A model generated the notes under the pieces. That model was not told where the DNA came from, ran no database searches, and was given only the letters and a program-made list of their open reading frames with translations. From Phycisphaerales bacterium (lineage in GTDB: Bacteria > Planctomycetota > Phycisphaerae > Phycisphaerales > UBA1924), in the NCBI GenBank assembly GCA_965227775.1, contig OZ245777.1:608001-672000 (forward strand): DNA of 64,000 bases. The letters are read 5' to 3'. Below, piece by piece: positions 10,101 to 18,365 of this stretch; the first letter of the stretch is position 1; each line of letters opens with the position of its first letter. The translations under genes and the position numbers were made by a program.

Positions 10101-10372
10101 GCGACGACACGTACCTGAACGCTGGCGCCGACTACGAGCTTGGCGACCGCTACACCCTGGGCGCCGTGGGTGTCTACAACGACCGAGCCGGACAGTTCCA
10201 GAGCGCGACGTTCCGCGTGGGCCGCGAGATGCCCCACGCCATCTTGACAGCGCGTGTAACGTACAACGACATCACGGGCGATACATCCCTGGGCTTTGGC
10301 ATCGAACCTACTGGCATCGACCCATCACGCGAACGCGTTCGCAGGCTTGGCGCCGCGGCGTTGGGTTACTGA
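7175..10372 (+). CDS. lptD: LPS-assembly outer-membrane protein LptD (planctomycete large form)
   Basis: Signal peptide; jellyroll-like N-terminal region (PIYVRAREIRQ, ARITTTGFFRPH, GIPFLYWP); long beta-barrel-like C-terminal region with HRIRHVVEP motif. Confidence 0.75.
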   Translation: MPPHWPTRTPRHKPARRMFPLGLACAIGLAGAAHAQPTSERFTEEQVLRFQIDPLAITGEGFGPVRLPVGSSDQAAVRSIELAGRRAWTWIDEPLIPGAAPTKRVLIEGDVRVTMGTLELRATRLHGWVQSVDDAREGQTPASGGQQFYLLLEEATMPTSAPGSGIAGPLVPIEGLLARGGRIELSAIVSKPGPPAFEVSAVERREYRAVTVAEAVFADRLREAVGLALPRVTSEQLAAEDRALRSVLQTARERLALGEVRDPILPARGRVSFSAAGIEQVRLGDGSDGSPPYAVVMRGPVTILFDDAANGRRAQLTAQDAVLFHKANLVGTPRLDAADVLGLYLEGAVIADIERAQGRRGVDRYRVRSPRVYYDLAGDRALLLDAVFRAEPAGSPTPIYVRAREIRQQSLGETVADQARITTTGFFRPHLALGASTLTLRLEDRPGDGLQGGTRMIADARNITARAMGIPFLYWPIYVGDPSQIPLRDITIETSDRHGDVLRTTWDAFALAGYEPPPGIDLDLLIDAYFQRGAALGGELTWDGYAGGSGSLFVYNLFNDTGRDLLPTGARIDRDGENRTIAMLEHLGRLNDEWTLRAEASWFSDENVVAAFFPDMTFTRREPSSGASLQRIDDRSMMLLGVNAQISDFVVSDYQLRARGYETERLPELRYVRPGDDLLADGAPGLLTYRSDSRVGLLRLSFTEPTAADLGFTSVSRAQAALGVNPSESPGDRLRAEGLDESSVFRFDTLHELSSQLEAGPVRIQPFATGRLTGYDTDFDDYSAVTGEDADSLIARGAIGTRLSTQLTRVYDGVDIDALDLHRIRHVVEPNATLWYGDSTVAQGAIPVYDENVENFAEGPAVRFGVDQTFQTMRGSLGTYESVDVLRLGTHFTFAGEDRIDEDRTPRFFDAYPERSQLGDTFDVEAAWRPTDALGITGQWIYDLEENRTAEGVAGVSIDHMPDVRLFAEVRHLGFSDDTYLNAGADYELGDRYTLGAVGVYNDRAGQFQSATFRVGREMPHAILTARVTYNDITGDTSLGFGIEPTGIDPSRERVRRLGAAALGY

Positions 10373-10398
10373 TGTTTGCGAGCCGCGTACGATCAAGC

Positions 10399-10989
10399 AT
10401 GCAAAGGCAGACCATTCTCATTGCCATGCTGGTCGCCTGGGTTCCCCTCCTGGCGTTTGGAGTTGGTTGTGCAGGCAAGCCCGAGGTGCTGCCCCAGCAA
10501 GCATTCTGGGAGAGCCTGAATCAGCTCTGCGGCAAGGCATACCCCGGGCGCGTCGTCGAAGACTCCACCCAGAGTCCGGTCTTCGGTGGGAAGCCACTCT
10601 TGCTCCACGTGGCCGAGTGTGATGGCACGTCGGTGCGCATGCCCCTGCTGGTCGACGGTCGCCCTTGGGCGACCATCATCATCTCTCAGAACGAGCGCGG
10701 GCTCGTGCTCGAGCATCAGCACGAGAGCGATGAGGGCGCCGGGGGGCCGCCGAGCGGGTACGGCGGCTCCACGCGCGGCACGGGCACCGAAGTTTCGCAG
10801 GACTTCTACGCCAGCGAGTTCACCATCGCGCTCGATGAACAAGCCGAGAACACGGTCTGGACCATCGAGTTGCGCACGGGCGCGGTGCTGCAGTATGGGT
10901 TGAGCCGTGAAGGCACAGATCGCCGATTCCGCGCGGCCTTCGACTTGTCGCGCGGGCGTCCGGCCCCCACCGTTGCACCGATCCGCTAA
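10399..10989 (+). CDS. Hypothetical lipoprotein
   Basis: Lipobox-like FGVGC; FWESLNQLCGKAYPGR and SGYGG motifs. Confidence 0.65.
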   Translation: MQRQTILIAMLVAWVPLLAFGVGCAGKPEVLPQQAFWESLNQLCGKAYPGRVVEDSTQSPVFGGKPLLLHVAECDGTSVRMPLLVDGRPWATIIISQNERGLVLEHQHESDEGAGGPPSGYGGSTRGTGTEVSQDFYASEFTIALDEQAENTVWTIELRTGAVLQYGLSREGTDRRFRAAFDLSRGRPAPTVAPIR

Positions 10990-10992
10990 AGC

Positions 10993-11736
10993 TCACAACG
11001 CCCGCGTGGGCCACCACGCACGAACCGACACGGGCTCGGCTAGATGCAGGATCGCTTCGCTTGCAGGCGTCGAGACTCCGATGGGCGATGCCAGGCTGTT
11101 GTGCTCGACCTCGCATACGGCGCGCGAGAGCAGCCATGGATCATGGTCGATCTCACCGATCCAGAGACGTTCTGGCGACCGCGGCGGCAGATCGCTCGCG
11201 AATAGCCGATACCGATCGGTGAGGAACGACTCAAGGGAGCCCGACCCGGCACGCTCCGGTGGGCCCTCGCCCTGGTACCAGCACGACAGATCAGCGGACT
11301 TTCCACGCGAATCCGTCCGTTGGCTCCCGTACGCGATCCCACCGTCACGCTCGCTGAGCGACATCCGGGCGTTGAAGTATGCCAGGTGGAATGTGCGGCG
11401 CGCGGTTTCGACGCCAAGCCGGCTGGCCGCGTCGAGGCTGAAGAACCACACGCCTGGCTTGCCCTCGTGCGTCACGTAAGTCCGCAGGTTCAGCTCATGG
11501 AACGCACCCGGGCCAGGCAACGCGGGTGTGAACCGAGCTCGCACGCCCGACATCGTGAATGGCACGACCGCAAGCCACGCGGAGCCGTCGAAGGTGTCGA
11601 TGTCCAACATCGGCGGTACGTGCGGCCGAAGGGCGTCCACGGGTACCGGCCAGTGCATGAAGAGCAGCCGAGACCATCGCATCGCCATCACCCAGGGCGA
11701 CTTCGGCGGCGGATACGGGCGATGGCTGGCTGGCAT
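10993..11736 (-). CDS. DUF2071 / YqjF family protein
   Basis: MRWSRLLFMHWPV, DTFDGSAWLAVVPF, FHELNLRTYV, GVWFFSLDA, FLTDRY, EIDHDPW. Start uncertain (11736 or 11763). Confidence 0.85.
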   Translation of the reverse strand: MPASHRPYPPPKSPWVMAMRWSRLLFMHWPVPVDALRPHVPPMLDIDTFDGSAWLAVVPFTMSGVRARFTPALPGPGAFHELNLRTYVTHEGKPGVWFFSLDAASRLGVETARRTFHLAYFNARMSLSERDGGIAYGSQRTDSRGKSADLSCWYQGEGPPERAGSGSLESFLTDRYRLFASDLPPRSPERLWIGEIDHDPWLLSRAVCEVEHNSLASPIGVSTPASEAILHLAEPVSVRAWWPTRAL

Positions 11737-11762
11737 GGGGGAACGTATGCCCAGAGCGGTCA

Positions 11763-13478
11763 CTACACGTTGAAGTACTTCGCCTCGGGGTGGTGCACGA
11801 CGAAGGCGCTGGTGCTCTGCTCGGGGTCGATCTGCCAGTTTTCGGTGAGCCGGCAGCCGATGCGCTCGGGATCGAGCAAGCGCCAGAGGATCTCCTGATC
11901 GCTCATGTCGGGGCAGGCGGGGTAGCCCGGGCTGTAGCGGCTGCCGCGGTACTTCTGGCGGAAGAGCTCTGATATCTTGGGCGAGTCATCACCACCGATG
12001 CCAAGCTCAGCGCGGATGCGCTTGTGCCACAACTCGGCAAGGGCCTCAGCGGCCTCGACGCCCATGCCGTGCGTGTAGAGGTACTCGGTAAAGTCGTTGT
12101 TATCGAAGAGCTTCTTCGCGAGCTTGCTGACGTCTTCGCCCATCGTGACGCAGGTGAGGCCCAGCACGTCCTTCTGGCCGCTGTCGACACTCTTGAAGAA
12201 GTCGGCGATGCAAAGTTTCTTGCTGGAGGTCTGTCGGGGGAACCGGAATCGCTCGACTTCCTTGTCGTGGTCCTTGGGGTCGAAGACGATCAGGTCGTCG
12301 CCATCGCATTGCACCGGCCAGTATCCGTAGACCACGCGCGGGTGCAGCACGTCGTTGTCCCGCAGCTCGGCCTTCAGGCGATCGAACACGGGCTCGACGG
12401 TGTCCTCGAGGTACCGCTCGTATTGCTCGGGGCTCATCGAGCCCTTCTTGAACTGCCACTGGCCGCGGAAGAGCGCGGTGGTGTTGACGAAGGGATAGAT
12501 CTCATCGAGATCGAGCCCCTCCACCACGCGCGAGCCCCAGAACGGCGCTTCGGGGACATCGACGTCGGTCGCGACGGTGCTCCGCACAACCGTGGCGGTG
12601 CCACTCTCATCCTTGCTGGCGGCGAAGTCGTCCTGCTGCTCGGCCTTCTTCGCGCGCGCTTCGGCGACGACCTTCTGGGCTTCGCTGCGCTTGCCGAGCC
12701 GCTCAGCGATCTCACCATCGAGCACGTCGGTCTTGCCCGCCTTGAGCATGTCCATGGTGCGCAAGCCTTCAAAGGCATCCTTGCCGTAGAACACCTTGCC
12801 GGCGTACAGGTCGCGTAGGTGGCTCTCGCAGTAGTGCCGCGTGAGGGCGGCCCCGCCGAGGATGACCGGCACATCGATGGCCTGCTCGGTCATCTCCTTG
12901 AGGTTCTCTTCCATCACGGTGACGGACTTGACCAGCAGGCCGCTGAGCCCGATGGCGTCGGCCTTGGTCTGCTTCCAGGCCTCGAGGATCTGCGGCAGCG
13001 TCTGCTTGATGCCGATGTTGTGCACCGTGTAGCCGTTGTTACTCAGGATGATGTCGACGAGATTCTTGCCGATGTCGTGCACGTCGCCCTTAACCGTTGC
13101 GAGCACGATCGAGCCCTTGCCCTCACCCTCGACCTTCTCCATGTGCGGCTCGAGATGGGCAACGGCCATCTTCATAACTTCCGCGCTCTGCAGCACGAAG
13201 GGGAGCTGCATCTGGCCGCTGCCAAACAGTTCGCCCACGGTCTTCATACCGTCGAGCAGGTGGTCGTTGACGATTTCGAGTGGCTTGTACTGCTGCATCG
13301 CCTCGTCGAGCGCCGCGTGCAGGCCCTCCTTCTCGCCGTCGATGATGTGGGCGCGCAGCCGCTCCTCGAGCGTGAGATCTTTCTTCTCCTCGGCTGTGCC
13401 GCCGACGCTGTCGACATCCTTGAAGAGGTCGATAAATGCCTGAAGGGGGTCGTAGCTCTTGTCGTAGGTGTTAGGCAA
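11763..13478 (-). CDS. metH: Cobalamin-dependent methionine synthase, C-terminal part (cap, B12-binding and activation domains)
   Basis: LLDGMKTVGELFGSGQMQLPFVLQSAEVMK, ATVKGDVHDIGKNLV (DxHxxG), GSRYSPGYPACPD. Different frame from the N-terminal part. Putative TTG start at 13478 with AGGA 8 nt upstream. Confidence 0.9.
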   Translation of the reverse strand: MPNTYDKSYDPLQAFIDLFKDVDSVGGTAEEKKDLTLEERLRAHIIDGEKEGLHAALDEAMQQYKPLEIVNDHLLDGMKTVGELFGSGQMQLPFVLQSAEVMKMAVAHLEPHMEKVEGEGKGSIVLATVKGDVHDIGKNLVDIILSNNGYTVHNIGIKQTLPQILEAWKQTKADAIGLSGLLVKSVTVMEENLKEMTEQAIDVPVILGGAALTRHYCESHLRDLYAGKVFYGKDAFEGLRTMDMLKAGKTDVLDGEIAERLGKRSEAQKVVAEARAKKAEQQDDFAASKDESGTATVVRSTVATDVDVPEAPFWGSRVVEGLDLDEIYPFVNTTALFRGQWQFKKGSMSPEQYERYLEDTVEPVFDRLKAELRDNDVLHPRVVYGYWPVQCDGDDLIVFDPKDHDKEVERFRFPRQTSSKKLCIADFFKSVDSGQKDVLGLTCVTMGEDVSKLAKKLFDNNDFTEYLYTHGMGVEAAEALAELWHKRIRAELGIGGDDSPKISELFRQKYRGSRYSPGYPACPDMSDQEILWRLLDPERIGCRLTENWQIDPEQSTSAFVVHHPEAKYFNV

Positions 13479-15372
13479 TGGCAACTTCCTGCTCGTCTGG
13501 TGTGGGCAGCCCCGTGCCGCCGACGCTGGAATCGCGCTTGTCGTAGACGAGGTGCATTGCGACGCGCTTCTGGTCGTCGTCAATCTTGGCCAGCGGCAGG
13601 ATCTTGCTGGCGTGCACGATGGCGCTGGTCATGCCGGCCTTGACCAACTCATCGAGGAACACGCTGTTGAGCACTTGGCGTGCAGCGGGCTTGAGGCCGA
13701 AGCTCACGTTACTCAGGCCGCAGGTGATCTGTACGTTGGGGAACGCCTCGGCGATGCGCTTGGTGCCCTCGACAAGCGCGAGGGCGCTGCGACGGTCGTC
13801 GTCCATGCCCGTCGAGATGGGCAGCACCAGCGGATCGATGAAGATGTCCGTCTCGTCAAGCCCGTGCACCTCCGTCGCCCGCTCGATGGATCGCTCGGCG
13901 ATCGCGAACTTGCGATCGGCCGTACGAGCCATGGCAGCCTCTGGGTCTTCATCGATGGTGCCAATGACCAGACCGGCGCCGTATGTCTTGGCGAGTTTGC
14001 AGATCTCGTCAAATTTCTCCTCGCCGTCCTCGAAATTGGCGCTGTTGATGATGCACTTGCCGCCGGCGCACTGCAGGCCGGCCTCGATAGTCGCGACCTG
14101 CGTGCTGTCGATCATGAGCGGGGCGTCGACCTGGCGGACCAGGCGTTGCACCACCTCACGCATGTCGCGAGCGTTGTCGCGGCCGGCGTAGTCGACGTTG
14201 ACGTCTAGCACGTGGCTGCCCTCGCGTACCTGCTGCTTGGCCAAGCCCACGATGCCGTCCCAGTCTTCTTCCTCGAGCAATCGCTTGAACTTGCGGCTGC
14301 CCGACGCGTTGCACCGCTCACCGACGATCAGAAACGAGTTGTCCTGGCGGTACTCGACGGGCTGGTACAGGCTGGTGCAGCTAGGCAGCATCGTCGCACG
14401 CTCGGTGCGCTTGGGCTCGCGATTGCCCACCATCTCGGCGAGCGTCTTGATGTGCTCGGGCGTGGTGCCGCAGCAGCCGCCAACGAGACCGACGCCGCTG
14501 CCCTCAACGAATCGCTGGATCGCCTCGGTAAATGGTCCGGGCTTCAACGGATACTCCGTGCGCCCCTCGACAAGCACGGGCAAGCCGGCGTTGGGGACGA
14601 CCGAGACGTGGCGGTCCCAGTACTTGCCCAGCCAGTGGATGTACTCGGCCATCTCCGTCGGGCCGGTTGCGCAGTTGAGGCCAAGGCTCAGGATGGGATA
14701 GCGGCGCAGCGCGTGGGCGGCGGCTTCGATGCTGGTGCCCATGAGCATGGTTCCGGTCTGCTCGATCGTTACGCTGACGCAGATCGGGATGTCGGCGACA
14801 GACTTGCCCTTCTGCTCGAGCGCTCGCAGGCACGCGTTCACCGCGCACTTTACCTGCAGCAGGTCCTGGCAGGTCTCGATGAGGAACGCGTCGACGCCGC
14901 CCTCGATCAAGCCGACCGCCTGGTTGGTGTAGCTGTCGAGCATGGCCGGCCAGGTGGTGTTGCCGAGCGTAATGAGCTTGGTGCCCGGGCCCATCGAGCC
15001 CATAACGAAGCGCGGCTTGTCCTCGGTCGAATAGGCGTCCGCGGCGGATCGGGCGATCTCGGCCGACTTGCGGCTGAATTCGGTGGCTTTCGCGGCCAGA
15101 TCGAATTCGCCCAGCACCAGCGTGTTCGCGCCGAAGCTGTTGGTCTCGATGCAGTCGGCCCCGATCTCGAGGAACTCCTTGTGGATCTCCTCGACCACGT
15201 CGGGCCGGCTGTCGACCAGGATGTCGGTGCAGTTCTCGCAGCCGCAGTAGTCGCCCTCGACCGTCAGGTCGCGGTTGTAGAGGCTGGTGCCCATGGCCCC
15301 ATCGAGCACGAGCACTCGGCTGGCCAACGCCCGGGCGAACGGGCTCGAGAACAGCGGGTCTGCGTTCTTCAT
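13471..15372 (-). CDS. metH: Cobalamin-dependent methionine synthase, N-terminal part (homocysteine-binding and pterin-binding domains)
   Basis: LVLDGAMGT, GLNCATGP, GGCCGTTPEHI, IVGERCNASGSRKF, GLSNVSFG. Ends at TAA 13471 just after the pterin domain. Confidence 0.9.
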   Translation of the reverse strand: MKNADPLFSSPFARALASRVLVLDGAMGTSLYNRDLTVEGDYCGCENCTDILVDSRPDVVEEIHKEFLEIGADCIETNSFGANTLVLGEFDLAAKATEFSRKSAEIARSAADAYSTEDKPRFVMGSMGPGTKLITLGNTTWPAMLDSYTNQAVGLIEGGVDAFLIETCQDLLQVKCAVNACLRALEQKGKSVADIPICVSVTIEQTGTMLMGTSIEAAAHALRRYPILSLGLNCATGPTEMAEYIHWLGKYWDRHVSVVPNAGLPVLVEGRTEYPLKPGPFTEAIQRFVEGSGVGLVGGCCGTTPEHIKTLAEMVGNREPKRTERATMLPSCTSLYQPVEYRQDNSFLIVGERCNASGSRKFKRLLEEEDWDGIVGLAKQQVREGSHVLDVNVDYAGRDNARDMREVVQRLVRQVDAPLMIDSTQVATIEAGLQCAGGKCIINSANFEDGEEKFDEICKLAKTYGAGLVIGTIDEDPEAAMARTADRKFAIAERSIERATEVHGLDETDIFIDPLVLPISTGMDDDRRSALALVEGTKRIAEAFPNVQITCGLSNVSFGLKPAARQVLNSVFLDELVKAGMTSAIVHASKILPLAKIDDDQKRVAMHLVYDKRDSSVGGTGLPTPDEQEVAIA

Positions 15373-15380
15373 TGGTGAGT

Positions 15381-15409
15381 ATATCCGTTCATCCGCATGG
15401 ATGGATGGA
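15381..15409. promoter_or_regulatory. Palindromic putative operator upstream of metH
   Basis: ATATCCGTTCATCCGCATGGATGGATGGA contains CATCC-N8-GGATG (15390-15407), 17 nt upstream of the metH ATG. Confidence 0.4.
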
Positions 15410-15525
15410 AGCAGCTAGGTTGACTCGAAAACCGTCGCCAGGCCTGCGCAGGCGGCTGGCCGCGGCCCATAACATCGCCACGAGCAGGTGCCATCTTGCG
15501 CCAAAGCTGGGGAAGGGGAACTGCG

Positions 15526-16980
15526 GTGGCGATTCCAAACACAATACAAACTCAAAACCTCATCAACGGCACCTGGGTCGGAGCCGACTCTGGCAAGACC
15601 ATCGCCGTACTCGACCCGGCCACGGACGAGAAGCTCGCCGAGATCCCTGACGCGGGTGGCGCTGAGTCGACGCGGGCCATCGACGCGGCGCATACGGCGT
15701 TTGGCTCGTGGTCGAAACGGCCCGCTGCAGACCGTGGCAAGCTCGTGCGAAGGCTGGGCGAGTTGATGCTGCGTGACGCCGATCGCCTGGCCGCCATCAT
15801 GACCGCCGAGCAGGGCAAGCCGCTGAGCGAGGCCAAGGGCGAGATCAACTACGCCGCATCGTTCCTGGAGTGGGCGGCTTGCGAGGCGACGCGTTTGTAC
15901 GGCGAGATCGTGCCCGCCAGCAGCGCCGACAAGCGAATTCTGGTGCTTCGCCACCCCGTGGGTGTGTGCGGCATCATCACGCCCTGGAACTTCCCCGCCG
16001 CGATGATCACGCGCAAGCTCGGGCCGGCGCTGGCTGCGGGCTGCACGGCGGTCATCAAGCCGTCCGAGCTCACGCCGCTGAGCGCAATCGCCATCGGCGA
16101 GCTTGCCATCGAAGCCGGATTGCCCGAGGGCACGGTCAACATCGTGACCGGCGAGGGCAGGGCGATCGCCGAGCCGTGGTTCAAGGACGGGCGCGTCCGC
16201 AAGCTCAGCTTCACGGGCTCGACGCCTGTGGGCAAGAAGCTCATGGAGCAGGGCAGCGAGAACCTGCTCAGGCTTTCGATGGAGCTCGGCGGGCACGCGC
16301 CGTTCATCGTGTTCGACGACGCCGACCTCGATCGCGCCGTGGGCGCGGCCGTTGCGTGCAAGTTCCGCAACGCCGGGCAGACTTGCATCTGCGCGAACCG
16401 GTTCTACGTGCAGAGCGGCATCTACGACGCCTTCATGGATCGCTTCGCAACGGCCGTGAGCAAGCTGAAGGTTGGTCAGGGCAGGCTAGACGGCGTCGAC
16501 ATCGGCCCGCTAATCAACGACGCCGCCATCGAGAAGGTTCAGGATCACGTGGAGGACGCGAAGAGCAAGGGCGCGGCGATCAAGGCCGGCGGCGAGATGG
16601 CGAAGCTCGATGGCCTCGCAGATCGCTTCTACGCCCCCACCGTTATCGACGGCATGACTCCCGACATGAAGTGCGCCACCGAAGAGACCTTCGGCCCCGT
16701 CGCGCCGGTCGCGAGATTCGAGCAAGATCAGGAAGCGATCGACGCGGCCAACAACTCGCCCTTCGGCTTAGCGAGCTACTTCTTTACCAGCGACGCAACC
16801 CGCCTGATGCGCACGGCCGAGGCCTTGCACTATGGCATTGTGGGTGCGAACGACGCCGCCCCCTCGACCGCCCAGGCACCGTTCGGCGGCGTGAAGCAGT
16901 CCGGCTTTGGACGAGAGGGCGGGAAGTACGTGATGGACGAGTACACGAGCCTGAAGTACGTGAGTTGGGGATTGGTCTAG
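15526..16980 (+). CDS. gabD: NAD(P)-dependent succinate-semialdehyde dehydrogenase
   Basis: ITPWNFPAAMITRK, FTGSTPVGK, MELGGHAPFIVF, KFRNAGQTCICANR, EETFGP, PFGGVKQSGFGREG. GTG start after GGGGA. Confidence 0.92.
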   Translation: MAIPNTIQTQNLINGTWVGADSGKTIAVLDPATDEKLAEIPDAGGAESTRAIDAAHTAFGSWSKRPAADRGKLVRRLGELMLRDADRLAAIMTAEQGKPLSEAKGEINYAASFLEWAACEATRLYGEIVPASSADKRILVLRHPVGVCGIITPWNFPAAMITRKLGPALAAGCTAVIKPSELTPLSAIAIGELAIEAGLPEGTVNIVTGEGRAIAEPWFKDGRVRKLSFTGSTPVGKKLMEQGSENLLRLSMELGGHAPFIVFDDADLDRAVGAAVACKFRNAGQTCICANRFYVQSGIYDAFMDRFATAVSKLKVGQGRLDGVDIGPLINDAAIEKVQDHVEDAKSKGAAIKAGGEMAKLDGLADRFYAPTVIDGMTPDMKCATEETFGPVAPVARFEQDQEAIDAANNSPFGLASYFFTSDATRLMRTAEALHYGIVGANDAAPSTAQAPFGGVKQSGFGREGGKYVMDEYTSLKYVSWGLV

Positions 16981-17077
16981 CCGAGTTCGGATAGTCCGGT
17001 CGAAAGCGCACTCGACGAAGCCCCAAGAACGCGGACGGGCGCAGGACCCGTTTGAGGCGCCCCAGGAGGGTTGTCCA

Positions 17078-18268
17078 ATGTTGCGTTTCGCGTGCTCGCT
17101 GTTAGCAGGGGCATTGGTTGCGAGCGGCTCGCAGGCTCTGCCATCGATCGCAAACTACGACGCAGATCCTGGAGCACTGCCGCTCTTGGACGAGCAGCGT
17201 GTGCACTTTTACGTGCAAGAGGCTTACGAGGGCTTTCCGCCCGACATCACGAACGCGGTTGCAGATCGGTATGCCGAACTCGTCGATGCGGGCATGGACT
17301 GTTCTCGCCACCTGCTCGATTGGGCCGATCTCGAACCCACTCCGGGCGTGTACGACGTAGCCGGGGTCATCGAGGCCCTCGACGCACGCATTGATATGGG
17401 TGCCCCGCGCCAGTTCGTGAACATCACCGTTGTCGATAGCGGCGGCCCGGAAGCATTGCCGCAGTATGTGCAGGACCTTCTTGCCCAGGGCGCGAAGTGG
17501 GATGACCCGCGCATCACCGGCCCCTTCGGAGACTTGCTCGAGGCGATCGTGCCGGCGATGATCGACCGTGGCGTTTATATGATCGGCTTTGCCAACGAGG
17601 CTGGCGGTTACTACGAAGACGAACCGGCCGCGGCCGCGTCGTTCGAGGGCTTCGTGGCAGCAGCGATCGACCGGACTAGGTCGATCGAGCCCCGTCTGTC
17701 GACGACGGTGGTGTTCGCCGGTACGAAAGACGCGTCGATACCGGCGCTCATGCCGTTGATCGATGTGGCCTCGTTCAATTGGTACGCTTACGAGTTGGAG
17801 GTCGAGCCGGCTTGCAGCTTCTTTGGCGAGGCGTTGCCACTCTGGCGCGCAGCCGGGCCGGATGGCATCCCGGCCGTCCTCGATGAGATGATGCGGGTCT
17901 CGGGCGATCGGTTGGTGTGCATCCAGGAGTTTGGGCAGGCGACCGGCTGGAAGGACCGGCCGACGACCCTCGGGCCGCTGGCGGGCGAGGCGTTGCAGTC
18001 GCGGGTGATCGAGGCGTTCGCGGAGGCCGTGGTTGAGCGACAGCACCGCTTCCGCACGGTCTCGCTCTGGACGCTCAACGACCACACTCCTGCCGGGATG
18101 CGGTACCTCGTAGACGCCATTCTGGCCGAGGGGCTGCCGCAGTGCTACGCGGACAACGTCGCCGAGATCTTCGGGCCGACCGGCATCGTGGAGAGCACGC
18201 CCGAGGCGCGCCGAAAGCAGGCGTTCGAATCGCTCAGGCGGGCCATCGCTGAGGTTTCGGCGCGGTAG
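17078..18268 (+). CDS. Secreted TIM-barrel protein, glycoside hydrolase clan GH-A-like
   Basis: Signal peptide; WADLEPTPGVYD; ANE (acid/base-like) and IQEFG (nucleophile-like) motifs; RBS AGGAGG. Confidence 0.6.
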   Translation: MLRFACSLLAGALVASGSQALPSIANYDADPGALPLLDEQRVHFYVQEAYEGFPPDITNAVADRYAELVDAGMDCSRHLLDWADLEPTPGVYDVAGVIEALDARIDMGAPRQFVNITVVDSGGPEALPQYVQDLLAQGAKWDDPRITGPFGDLLEAIVPAMIDRGVYMIGFANEAGGYYEDEPAAAASFEGFVAAAIDRTRSIEPRLSTTVVFAGTKDASIPALMPLIDVASFNWYAYELEVEPACSFFGEALPLWRAAGPDGIPAVLDEMMRVSGDRLVCIQEFGQATGWKDRPTTLGPLAGEALQSRVIEAFAEAVVERQHRFRTVSLWTLNDHTPAGMRYLVDAILAEGLPQCYADNVAEIFGPTGIVESTPEARRKQAFESLRRAIAEVSAR

Positions 18269-18365
18269 TCGGCGGCCGCGTGGACAGACGGCGGGCACGA
18301 GGCAGAGCCGGCCTGCGCATACACTTTCTGCACGCCCTTTGGATGGGTGTTTACAGGAGGTCTCC

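Noticed and set aside
15373..15525. Cobalamin or SAM riboswitch upstream of metH
   Set aside because: The spacer is only about 150 bp, is shared with the divergent gabD, and shows no recognisable B12-box or SAM-I core on the metH strand.
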